Origin: Cladosporium halotolerans
Lineage: Eukaryota
Length of the DNA: 64,000 nucleotides
Assembly (NCBI RefSeq): GCF_011745625.1
Contig: NW_027191481.1
Coordinates: 62,001-126,000, forward strand
Direction of reading: 5' to 3'
A program made the translations under genes and the position numbers. Shown in pieces: positions 1-11,400 of this stretch (positions are counted from its first letter, which is position 1; each line of letters starts with the position of its first letter). The notes under the pieces are model-generated. The model saw only the letters and a list, made by a program, of their open reading frames with translations. It was not told the origin of the DNA and did no database searches.

Positions 1-417
1 GGCGTGATAAGCTGTCGGCGTGTCGGCATCTTTCTCCCTCTCGCTCGTCGCACCGAAGCTGGCTCGGCTGGCCCCACGTCAAGCCACGGCGACCTTCTAA
101 GACTCCCTTGGTCCACAGCCTCGAAACTTACGTGCTTCGCTCTGTCCTGGTCTCGTATGTGGATCGTTTTCCACTGACTGTGCCCCTGCGAATGTAGCCT
201 TTACCCGGTCCCAGGTTCACCAAAATCGAAATTGCACCTTCGGTAGCTTGTTGCGGAGCCCTACCGACTTCGTGGGACACGCACAGTCTGGGTGGGCATC
301 TCTAAAGACTGGCACGGCGGATACTCGCTGGCAAGCGTCTTTGTATGCGTCCCCTTTGACAATACCTTGCTCATTGTCGCTGCCATCGCTCTTGAAGCGA
401 TCAATTCACCGAGCAGC

Positions 418-1729
418 ATGGCAACACCCTCGAATACGATCCCCGATGGCCACAGAGCACCATTGATCAAGCTGGACGAGAACCACCATGGCAGCTGGCT
501 GGTTATCTGCAGTGCTTTCGGCCTGGTCATTGTCCTCCTCACACTCATTATCCGCGTATACCTTCGATACAAGGTGTCGCCGCCTTTCGCCGCAGACGAC
601 ATCGTTTTAACCGCGGCAACCGCTCTTTCTGTGATACAATGCTCGCTGGTTTTTGCCAGTGTTCACAGAGGCGACGGAACATCAATTGATCTGATTGCAG
701 ACGACAATCTCGTTCCAGTCCAACAGGTCAGCCTTCTAATATCTTTCAAGCATACGGAAATACTAATGTTTATCAGCTCAATTATGCTGCCAACCTGTTC
801 TACATCCTGGCACTATACGCTTCCAAAGCCTGCGTCGTTCTGCTTTTCAAGCGCATCTCTTCCGGCATCATGCACAAGAAAATCGCTTGGGTCGCTCTCA
901 TTGTGACCATCACTGCCGGCTTTATCTCAATCCTCCTATGTGCCCTGCGCTGCGACCTCACCCAACCATGGATCCAATTCGGCGCACAATGTAGCTCGTT
1001 ATACGCCCAGTGGCAAGCTATCGCCGCATTCGACATCATCACTGAGGTTGGACTCTTCGCAATGGCCGTTCACCTAGTCTGGGGTCTTCAGACTGCCGTG
1101 TCAGGCAAGTTCAGAGTCGTCTTCGCCTTTGGCCTCCGTCTTCCGTACGTCCCACCAATTCCCCACCAAACCCTTTTGACACCTATCTAACTGACCACTG
1201 CAGCGTCATCGCCATCGCCGGCCTCCACCTGCACTACATCAAGAAAGAAATCAACTCCCCCAACCAACCCCTCGAAGTCGTCGCCACCATCTGCCGCCAA
1301 ACCGAGATCTTCTACGCCATCATGGCCTCCACCATTCCCTGCCTCCGGCCCTTCCTCGCCAGCTTCTTCACGGGCTTCGGCGCCATGGGCGGCGAGACCG
1401 TCATCGCCGGCTCGCAGGTCGGCGGCTCCAACTCGCGCGAGAAGAGCGCCTACGCGCTGGGCTCCATGCAGAGCGCTGACAGCGACGTGCGCCGCAGCAA
1501 GCGCCGCAGCCGCGCCGCCGGGCTGAGGCCGAGCCCCCGTCGAGACAATTTTGGGAACACGGAGCAGGGCACGTCGTACGTGTCGGCTGCTGATGGCGAT
1601 GCGAGCTCGAGTCGTGCGGCGGCGGATGCGAGTTCGGTCACGAGCAATGATAGTACGCGGATGATTATCAAGAAGGAGGTGCAGTGGCATGTTGATAGCG
1701 AGAGGGGGGATGCGGGGCGAGCTATGTAA
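418..1729 (+). CDS. PTH11-like / fungal rhodopsin-domain integral membrane protein (3 exons; introns 727-776, 1145-1203)
   Basis: Splicing at GTCAGC..CTAAT..CAG and GTACGT..CAG joins three ORFs in frame. Several hydrophobic helices; motifs 'AADDIVL', 'FDIITE', 'FAFGLRLP', 'ASTIPCLRPFL' and a Ser/Gly-rich tail ending 'MIIKKEVQW'. Confidence 0.8.
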
Positions 1730-2266
1730 GAACGGGCAGGTTATGTGGGATACGCATGAGGTATGGCTCAGAGCAGTACTCGAGCTGGGATTGGGATATT
1801 TGGGTCAGTCGCTTTCCTCCAGATTATGGAAGATCGGAGGATGGTGGCGAGGTAGTTGCATTTAGCGATGGAGCTTGGGAGTTCTTGGGACTGAGAATTG
1901 GGAATGTGTGAATACCATCTAAGGGACTGGGACGGGATCTATTTTGTTTTGATGATTTTTGGGGTTTGACATTTTCTTCTGTACATAGAATAGAAGAAGA
2001 GTACCGCATCTGACTGGACCAGTATGCCTTGAACCATCGTTTCTACATAATAAAAGGTCTTGCGTCTCACCGACGCTTCGTCAATTAACTATTCAACTCA
2101 CTGCTCGGGACTTCATTACCCCGACCTGTAATGCGCACGTACCAAAGCCGCAGGCACGCCCACCGCTAGCGCTCGGGAACCCGCGTCCAATGACGCGCTG
2201 GTGTCCCGCCTCATGAGAGCATGCGTGCTACCACGACCAGTTCGAGGTTTGGACCTCTTTCTTCAA

Positions 2267-3550
2267 ATGGCTGCTATCGGTGCGCGGTCAGCCTTCGGCA
2301 CAAGGGCTATCCCAAAAATTGCCTCATCATGCTCTAGAATATACACCACTCGGCCACTGGCCGCAAAGACAACACAATGGCAACGCCGAAGCTTCCAAAC
2401 CGCACCGCCTGCTGGCAGGATACCTGACTTCGCCTTCGCTTTTGAGTAGGATTACCCTGCGATTCTGAAGCCCGAATCGGTATTGACCAGACTTCCCAGC
2501 ATCGACGGTGTCCTCCTCCGCTCGTCAACACCTATCCCCTCCGCCCACGAGGCCCTGTCATACCTCCAGCAACAGCGCATACCATTCATCCTGCTCACCA
2601 ATGGCGGCGGAAAATCCGAGGAAGAGCGCGTCGCAGACGTAGCCGAGAAGCTCAAGGTCCCCCTGGACACCAGCATGTTCGTGCAATCCCACACTCCCTT
2701 CGCGGAGATGACGGACCTGCACGACAAAACGATCCTCGTCGCGGGCGGCGACGGCGCCAAATGCGCCTCCGTCGCGCGCGGCTACGGCTTCAAGAACGTC
2801 GTCACGCCCGGCGACATCCTCGTCGCGCACCCAGAGATCTGGCCCTTCGCCAACGTCTTCCGCGAGCACTACGCGCCGCTCGCGAGCCCGCTCCCCAAAC
2901 CCATCGACCCCTCCAACCCCGCCAACAGCCTCCAGATCGACGCCATGTTCGTCTACAACGACCCGCGCGACTGGGGCCTCGACGCGACCATCCTCATGGA
3001 CCTCCTCCTGTCCTCGCGCGGCGTGCTCGGCACGCTCTCCCCCAAGAACAACGACCGCTCCCTGCCCAACAACGGCTACCTGCAGGACGCCCAGCCGCAC
3101 CTGTACTACAGCAACCCGGACCTGTGGTGGGCGGCGTCGTACCACCTGCCGCGGCTGGGCCAGGGCGGCTTCCGCGAGGCCTTCAACGGCGTCTGGGCGG
3201 CCGCGACGCAGGGCGCCAGCCTCGACATGACCGTCATGGGCAAGCCGTACCAGCCCACGTACGAGTTCGCCGAGCGCCTGCTGCGCAAGTATCGGAAGAC
3301 GCTGTTTGGCTCGACGGGGCTGAATGACCCCCTGCGCAGGGTGTATATGGTCGGCGACAACCCGGAGAGCGATATCCGTGGTGCGAATGGGTATAAGAGT
3401 CCGTATGGGAGCGAGTGGCGCAGCTGTCTTGTGGAGACGGGCGTGTATGCTGGTGGGGAGGCGCCGGAGGGTGCGAGGCCGGATGTTGTGAGTAGGGATG
3501 TGGGAGAGGCGGTCAAGTGGGCCTTGAAGGATGCCGGATGGCAAGGTTGA
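2267..3550 (+). CDS. HAD-superfamily subfamily IIA hydrolase, CECR5/HDHD5 (yeast YKR070W)-like, probable mitochondrial presequence (intron 2446-2499)
   Basis: Splicing rebuilds motif I 'FAFAFDIDGVL'. Also 'LLTNGGG', 'NDPRDW', 'GKP', 'YMVGDNPESDIRGAN'. Arg/Ser-rich N-terminus; alternative in-frame ATG at 2213. Confidence 0.88.
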
Positions 3551-4639
3551 TCGAGGGGAGCTTGGATACAGTGGGCGAGTCGCGCTTCGTCGTTCAAGAG
3601 GTTGGATGATATATTAACATATCGACGGATCATGAACGGTACACATTGATGCATATAGAGTGAAATAGATTATGTCAGCGTACCTTTCATCTCACAATGT
3701 CTGCAATCGGAACACGATCACAGCCCAGGTCAAGGTCTGAGTTGTGACAAGCTGCAGATAGATTCTCGTTGAAAGAGGTCATTTATTTTAAAAACAAGTG
3801 TGAACACCGATCTGCTACCCTCTCATATGCCCATTTCAGTGCCTAGATTCCACCGCTCGTCCGAAAAGGTGAGGTGAATGAAATCCTCCAAGAAAGTCAC
3901 TACCTCAAGATGTCGCTAGTCTCCGATGGAAGAATGTAGTAGTTGATACTATCTTTTTGCTCGTCGGCTATTGAGACTAAATCTTTACCCGGAGAGATAT
4001 ATATCTCTGAAGCCTACGACTCCCGTTGGTGGCCTGTGGAAACATCGTGATAACCCCAACCCTAACCCTACCAACACTCTTTGGCAATCGGCTCTGAATC
4101 ATCGGGGCAAGAGAAGTGGAAAAAGGAGCGATTCTTACGGTCGCTTTGCGGATGAGCTATCAAGTGAAAGACATGAGCTTACTAGCTCGTGTAAGCAAGA
4201 AGATATCGTTTTGTGCCTGGCGTAGATGCGAGTTAGATAGAACGTCATCAGCCAATCAGGTGTGCGAATTTCGATTGCCTCCAACTGCAGTAGATGTCAC
4301 GATAATCGCTCCGATAGACTTCCTTATGAGCTTCACAAACACATGTAAGGAACATGTCGCGGAGACCTTCAAATCGGGAAATGGAACATCGATAAGCATC
4401 ACATGATGAAGTGTTGTGAGAGGCGCTCCATCACATGGAAGGCATGAACGGAACCGCTTGACGCCACTTGGACCTGCCTCGCCGTCGATTGTTATTGACA
4501 CGACGTCGTCACTGCCACCTTCTTGAGAGGCACTGCATATGTTCACGACTGTGAAACTCCAACTCGAAGATCCACGACACTACCCATCAAAATTTACATC
4601 AATCGCTACAACATATTGAACAAATAGCCGATCGCTACC

Positions 4640-7623
4640 ATGACGGACCCAGACATTCCCCAGTCAGACGACACCCAAACCAAGTCGAAAGCACTCCAGG
4701 ACTTCCCTGCCGAGCTTCTTGTCAAGATCCTGGAACTTCTCCCCACCCAAGAGCTCTACGCCGTGAACCTCACGTCAAAACGATTCAATAAGATTGCTCA
4801 GCCCGCAATATGGCGCGACGTGGAACTTGTCGACTGCCGTGCTCATACCTCACCTCACACTGGCCACCGCACTGTGACCTCGGGACCCATTACCGCCACG
4901 CACACGGGTAACAGAATCCCCGCAGGTGCGACCGTGGGCGCCGAAACAGACGAGCACGACGATACGCCCTTGATTCGGAAGCTGATCATCCTGGCCACGT
5001 GAGTGCCTCTTTTGACGTCGCGCCCACTCTCATGGCAGAAAAGCTGATCCTAAGTTTCCTCAGAAATCCCAATATCGCGACCTCTGTCCAAACGCTTACC
5101 CATCGGTGTCACCTTGCTACGCCGGCCCTCTTCACCGAACTGGAGCGCACGCCTTTTACCGCGCAGACGCTTTCGATTGATCCACGTACAATACGTCTCG
5201 TGCAAATGGCAGTCAAGGGTAAGCATTTCGTGACTTTGAAGAATGCTCGGACATCAGACTAACATTTTTGCAGTACGTTAAGCTCCCCTTGAACGCCTGT
5301 TCGGGGCTGGAGAACTTCCACCCAAAATTGAGAACATCGGTAGTACTGGCTCCCATGGAATGCAAGCTAATACATCATAGCAAATGACCAACGTGCAAAC
5401 CGTTCAAATCGTGTTCGGACATCCGAGACTCTCCGAAGCGCTTCTGCGGTGCTTTTTCGACCAAGATCGACCGACCAAGATTAAGCATCTTTGGCTAGAG
5501 AACGTGAGGATCCTCGAAGGGACCGAGATCGAGATTCAAGACCACAAGTATGGACTGCCGAAGCATCTGAATTTCCACGGGCTCAAAAGCTTGCGGTTCA
5601 GAAGACTGCCGATGGAGACTGTACAGCAGGCGCATGGCCAAACCGGCCTGAACCCAGCTTACTTCAACCATGCACGCGGCAATCGATCAACTGAGCTGCA
5701 GAATGGCTTTGGAGGTCAGTACCTCACCAATACTGTCGCCGTCGGTGCCGAGCTCGTATCAGGACAAGAGCAGGTGGAGCAGGTCATGGAAGCGACAGAG
5801 TCACCAGACGAGCCGGTGCCTTTCCAGAACTTAATGGGCCCGGCGCACAAGTTCGACGACGCCATTTACGCAGCCGTATCCGGCCAAGTGGCACTTCCTG
5901 CTGAGGTTCTTGCTGCCGCCGAGCCGTCTCACCACAGACGCAGCATTCTGGCCTACCAAGCGCCTTGGTACTTGCCTGTACAGGAACTTCCTCCCGAAGA
6001 AGCTCGTATGTTCAGGCAACTCTTCCGCGCAAACGGGCCCACGGCTGGTAAGACCGCTTTGGCTTTGCTCGGCAGCGCGAAAGACACATTGACTTCTCTT
6101 ACTTTGGACTGGGCAATGACAGCACCGGACGAGTCTTCAATGAATCGAGAGGACTACGAAGGGTGGCTGCGCTGGTATTTGCAGCTCTTCGACCTGCGGT
6201 TTCCATCGCTTCAGGTATTCCAATACCGTAATGCGATTGTGGATAAGAGTATGCTGCCGTCTGGCCTGTTTCTCTTGGATCACTCGAACCTGTCCTCTGC
6301 TGATTGTAAGCTTCCCCTATACATAGAATGTGATCGATAAATTGGCAGCTTACAATTTTGTAGATCCCGAGAAGAGACCTCTTACAGGTCAGCCTCGATC
6401 GACGGTCTTTGACATGGGCCTAAAGCCACTCGAGTTCATAGAGGCACACCCCAAGCTTAAGTGTCTCGCTTGGCCAATGGATCAGTTCTTCGCTCCGCAC
6501 CCAAGACACGACATTGAAGGACGTGTGCAAATGGTCATCAGCAGACTGGCAACAATGCTCGTCGATCTCCGAGTCGATGCGTGTTATTGCGGCATGGGAG
6601 AACCACACAGCGACAACTATTCACCAGGGTGGGAGACTGAAGGTAAGTCATCAAACAACGCCCCCAACATCCGAATCGTCTAAATGTCATCTAGACACCC
6701 TTTCCCGCCGCCGCTTCATCGCCGAGTTCGCCGCCGAGATGCGCACCGTCACCAGCATCAAAATCGAAGGCGGCATCCCACTCGACGAGCGCCGCGAGAC
6801 CATCCGCGCTCTGCGCCACTGCAAGCTCGAGAAAATCGTGTTCATCGGCACCTGCTCCACCATCGGCAACACTTGGGGCGCAGGCGGCACAGACGGCACC
6901 CTCACCGACGACGAGCGGGACTTCCTCGAAGAAGAAGACGAAACCTTCATCAAAGAAATCATCAAACGCGCCCCCGTCGCCCCCAACCTCGACCTCCCCT
7001 TCCGCCCCGACTACGGCTGGAGAGGCCGCCCGCCCATGACGTACACCATCGCCGCCTACCACGGCGCTTCGATCCGCGAGCTGAAGTTCTGCGGCTACAA
7101 AGGCGCCCCAGACCTCTTCAACCCCTCACACCTCGCCGAATCCCTGCTCGACCCCCTGCTGCACTTCCCGCGCCTCGAGGCCCTCACGCTCAGCCTCAAG
7201 CTCGACACCTCGCACGGCAACGCGACGCACGACGACTCCGTCATCGCCTCCTGGCTCGCGCCGCGCAACCCGACCACCACCGCGCTCGTCGCCGCGCCCG
7301 GCTCCGCGCCCCCGGACTCCTGGGCGCGCCAGCTCGAGTACTTCGAGCCGGAGTACCTCGCGTGGACGGCCGTGTGGTTCGCGCAGGACTTTCTGAGCGC
7401 GGAGGCGAGGCGGCAGCCGGGGGGCGTGAGGTTCCGCGCGAGCTTCTGCATGGGAGATTGGGGTGGGATTTTCGACTTGGACGTCTGGGTTGGGTGCGGG
7501 GGGAGCGGGAAGGCGGTTTTGTTGGGGTTTGAGGGGCCGAGGGAGGAGAGCGAGGAGGGGAGGAGGAGGGAGAAGTTGGTGGGGAGGAGGTGGTTTGGGA
7601 GTGGGTTGAGGCTGGGGGGTTGA
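4640..7623 (+). CDS. F-box domain protein (exons 4640-4998, 5064-5217, 5381-6305, 6349-6642, 6695-7623)
   Basis: N-terminal F-box 'LQDFPAELLVKILELLPTQELYAVNLTSKRFNKIAQPAIWRDVEL'. Five ORF segments join in frame with canonical introns, provided 5218-5380 is removed as a stwintron. Confidence 0.82.
5218..5380 (+). other. [D1,2] stwintron: internal intron 5219-5273 nested in the donor of an external intron (G5218 + 5274-5380)
   Basis: G|GTAAGC...GACTAAC.TTTTTGCAG|TACGT...GCTAAT.ACATCATAG. Excising the inner intron creates the donor GTACGT; the final junction AAG|CAA ATG is in frame. Confidence 0.8.
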
Positions 7624-8471
7624 GAGGTGAGTGGAGGAGGGAGGTGGGACGGTCGCTGGTATAGTAGATTAGGAGACATACGTTGGACAATGCAGGTACA
7701 CACTCCTTACATGCCGGCCCAGAAACTATAATTCGATACCCGAGCGGAGCCAGACAGAGCAAGTAATGAGTCTCAAGACAGTCCCACGTCTTGTATCGAT
7801 TGATCCCGTCCCATGGAACAGCCAAACGTTTCTCCATCGCGCACCCGAAAGTCTATAGGCTTTGGAAGACTATCACGTGTTTCTGCGTAGCGAATGTTCT
7901 TGAATCTCCTCGGCCGAGATTTAGTTTCGGTAACTATAAGAAAAGGTAATAGCACATAACCCCTTTTCCCTTTCATAGAATTCAGAGACCCAGAGGCGAT
8001 TTACCATCTTCCAGAACCTCAAGCTCCGGACAAGCAATGGCTGCAATTGCCGTCCCAAACAGCCTGGAAGACACAGAAACGGCTCTCATCGATCCAGAAA
8101 AGACAATACACCATACCTATACCTATACACTCTCTCTGCACACCCCACAGGCCGCGGACGAGACCCACCAACAACGAAAGCAACACAACGCTCCAAGAAA
8201 TGACGCAACGACAGTCGAACAAACCCTATCTCGACACAAAATGATAACAGCAATACCGACAGCCGTTCGCCGCACCCATGCAGAAAAAAAAATACAAAAT
8301 TAACCCTTCGCAGCCCGAACCCCTCCCAACGCCATGCTAATGATAACCAACGCACCAACAAGAACCACCACCACACCCCCCCTCCTCCGTCTCCCCCCTC
8401 AAGCCGAAAAGCGAACGCAAACGCGAAAGAACAACACAACAGACCGAGAAACGAACAACTTACCCAGACAC

Positions 8472-11400
8472 TCACTCCCTCCACTCCTCCACAATCCCCA
8501 CACCCGCACCCGCACCCGCATCCCTAACGCCCTTCCCCTCCTCCCCCGCCCCGGCCTCGCACTTGAACAGATTCACGTGCCCGTCGTTCACCGCGCCGCA
8601 AGCCAGCATCATGCGGTGCGGGTGGAAGGCGGTGGCCGTGATGGGCGCCGAGCGCGGCGTCGCGCTCATGCGCAGGTAGCTCATGTAGGGCTCGAAACTC
8701 GACAGGTGCTTGAGGGCCGTGTTGTAGACGCGGATGGTGTGGTCTGCGCCGCCGGTGGCGAAGACGGGCGCGTGCTCGTGGACGGAGAGGGCGCGGAGGT
8801 TCCGCGGCAGCCGTGGGTTGCCCGGCAAAGACGCGACGGCGCCGCGCATGCGGATGTCCCAGAGGCGCACGCCGCCGTTGGATTCGGCGGTGATGAGCTC
8901 GCGGGCGCCGCCGCGCTGCAGGTGGGCGCCGACGATCCAGGAGCGGTGGTCGTGCGCGCGGTTGACCCAGTCCATGATCATGGAGTCGCGGGGGCCAAGG
9001 CGCTGGTCGTAGGCGCGGACGGAGCCGTTGCCGAAGCCGGCGACGAAGACGTTGCCCTCGACTTGGTCGGAGGTGAGGGAGGTGATGCAAGAGCCGGAGC
9101 GCGCGGGGATGTCGGAGATGCAGAGCTCGTGGCCGGCCTGCCAGACGCGGATGACGCGGTCGTCGCCGGCGACGAGGATGCGGCCCTGCCCTTGCTGCCA
9201 GTCGAAGACGAGGCCGGCGTTTTGGGAGTCCGAGGTGACGAGGTCGGAGAGCGCGCGGAAGCTAGACGCGAGCTCGATCTTGGCGACGTCTTCGTAGTGC
9301 TTGTAGATTTTGATCACGCCATCGCTGGAGCCGGTCATGAGCATTGCTTGGTCGTCTTCGTTGATGAAGCGGAGCTCGGTTACGCGGCTGCGAGGTGGGT
9401 TGCCGTTGCTGAAGCGGCAGAGTTGACGAGCTTCCTTCCAGTCCCACACGGCGATGCTGTCGCGGTCATCGCTGGTGACGAGATGGTGCTCGAACTGGTG
9501 GAAGAGCATCTTCATGGGAGCAGCGCCAATGCCAAAGTAGCCACAAGGCACGTCCCACCTCTGGATACCAGCCGCCTCTTTCATCGGCTGCGTGCCGGAA
9601 ATGATCTTGTCGTTGCGATTGCGTCTCCACAGGCGCTCGTTGTAGTCCAGCGAGCCCGGCTCATCCTCCTCCGAAGGCCTCATCTGCGGCTCGCGGAAGT
9701 ACGACGCAGACCACGTGAAGAAGTTGGACTTCAGTGGAATCTCCGGCGGCTTCGTCGCGTCTCTGACAACGAGATTAGGCGAAGGCGGGATCTTGGCCAT
9801 GGGCTGATGCGGCGGCCCGTTCACATTGTCGAGAGCGTCGGGAGGCAGGAGCGCGGCATCCGCTGGAGCCAAAGGTCGAGATCGGTAAGAAGCGTAGTCG
9901 TGCGGGTGGTCGTGAGACGATACGGAGCCTCGGTGAGCCGTGGGAGAGGGGGGCGTGGACGAGTCGTTCGATTGCTTCGACGCGGAGCCCCAACCAACGA
10001 AGCTCTTCATTGCAGCGGCTACACTAGCCGTGCGAGACAGGCCGAAATAGCCGTCCTTGTTGGTCGACGTGGGAGTCGCGGGACTGGGCGGAGTCTGAGG
10101 ACGGCCCAAGTCACGAGAACGCTGGCGTGCGAGAACGTCCATGCCGGAGAGGGTGAGCTGATCGCCCTTCAAGCCCTCAAGTAAGAGCTCGTCGAGGATC
10201 TTGTTGGCATAGCCGCCGAGCGGCGACTCGAGCAGAGCATTGACGACATAGTCAACGACGATGCTAGCGTTTTGCGCAACCTCAGGGTGCGGGTCAGCCG
10301 ACATGCTGAGCGTCTGGCGCCAGACAGCACGGTAAATCGTATTCTTCGACACATCAGCCTGCTTCGCAGCATTGTTCGTCGCGACAGATGCATCAGAAGC
10401 CGCCGTCGACGTCGTGCGGTGATGGACCGACCGCGAGCCGTTCACGCCATTAGCACCCTCGTGAGCACTCGCGTTGTCCGGCTGAGCGGGCCCATCCTCC
10501 TTGCCACCCCCGACCTTCGCCTCGCGCTCCTCGTTCAGCTGCTCCCACGCCGCCACGATGAAGCGCGACTCGTACCTCTTGATGAAAGTCGAGTAGAACA
10601 CGACCAGCTCCTTGCGGACCATGATCGACCCGTCCATGCCCATCGCCACGACCACGCTCGCAAGCGTCTCCTCCTCGAGCATGGTCGCAGCGTCGATGTC
10701 GCCCGTGGCGACGAAACTCGTCAACGCGTCCAGGCACGCCGCGCGCACCTCGGGCACCGGATCGTGGCTCCTGTCGCGGACTCTCGCGTGCGCCTGCTGC
10801 GCCATGCCGGCGGCCTTCGCCGGCGGGTAGTCCCGCCACAGGTGGCTCAGACACAGGCACGCGAACTGCCTGAGGAGGGGGTTCTCCATGTCCAAGATGT
10901 GGCCGAGGCAGCTCTCGATGATCTCCGGGTTGCTTTCAAGGACGGCGGCCTTGCCGGGGCGGAAGTCCTTGCAGAACATGGCGATGACGAAGGCGCACAT
11001 GGCGCGGTGCTCGGCGACGTTGCCGATCGGCATGCCGATGGCGTTGTTGAGGATGGCGGTGAAGTAGGTGTAGCCGGAGTCCTTGAGCAGGTCGCCCTGG
11101 CAGCTCTGGTCGACCGCGAGGATTCTGGCCCAGATGAAAACCATGGGCGGTTTGAGCTCGATGGCTTGCGATTGCAGGAGCTTGAGGACGTAGGGGAAGA
11201 TGCCGATACTGAGCGCTAAGTTGACGGCCCAGGGGCCAAGATCCAAAAACTTTGAGAGCAATATCAATGCCCGTAAGCGGTGGACCTGCGAAAGAAGGAC
11301 TTGCAGGACGATGGGTAGTTGCTCAGGGGGTTTGGCGTAGCCTGCCGCACCGGCATTGGCAGGCGCTGAAGAAAGGTAAACCTCAAACGCGCTGAGCTGG

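Noticed and set aside
5274..5340. Possible microexon between two ordinary introns as an alternative to the stwintron
   Set aside because: The required frame reads GTA CGT TAA (stop). The only GT before that stop leaves a 3-nt exon that does not correct the phase.
8334..10184. 616-aa + strand ORF antisense to KOG1 (similarly 2558-3544, 17632-19419, 31446-32363, 53734-55353, 62485-63372)
   Set aside because: Shadow ORFs expected from high-GC codon bias on the true coding strand; no recognisable domains.
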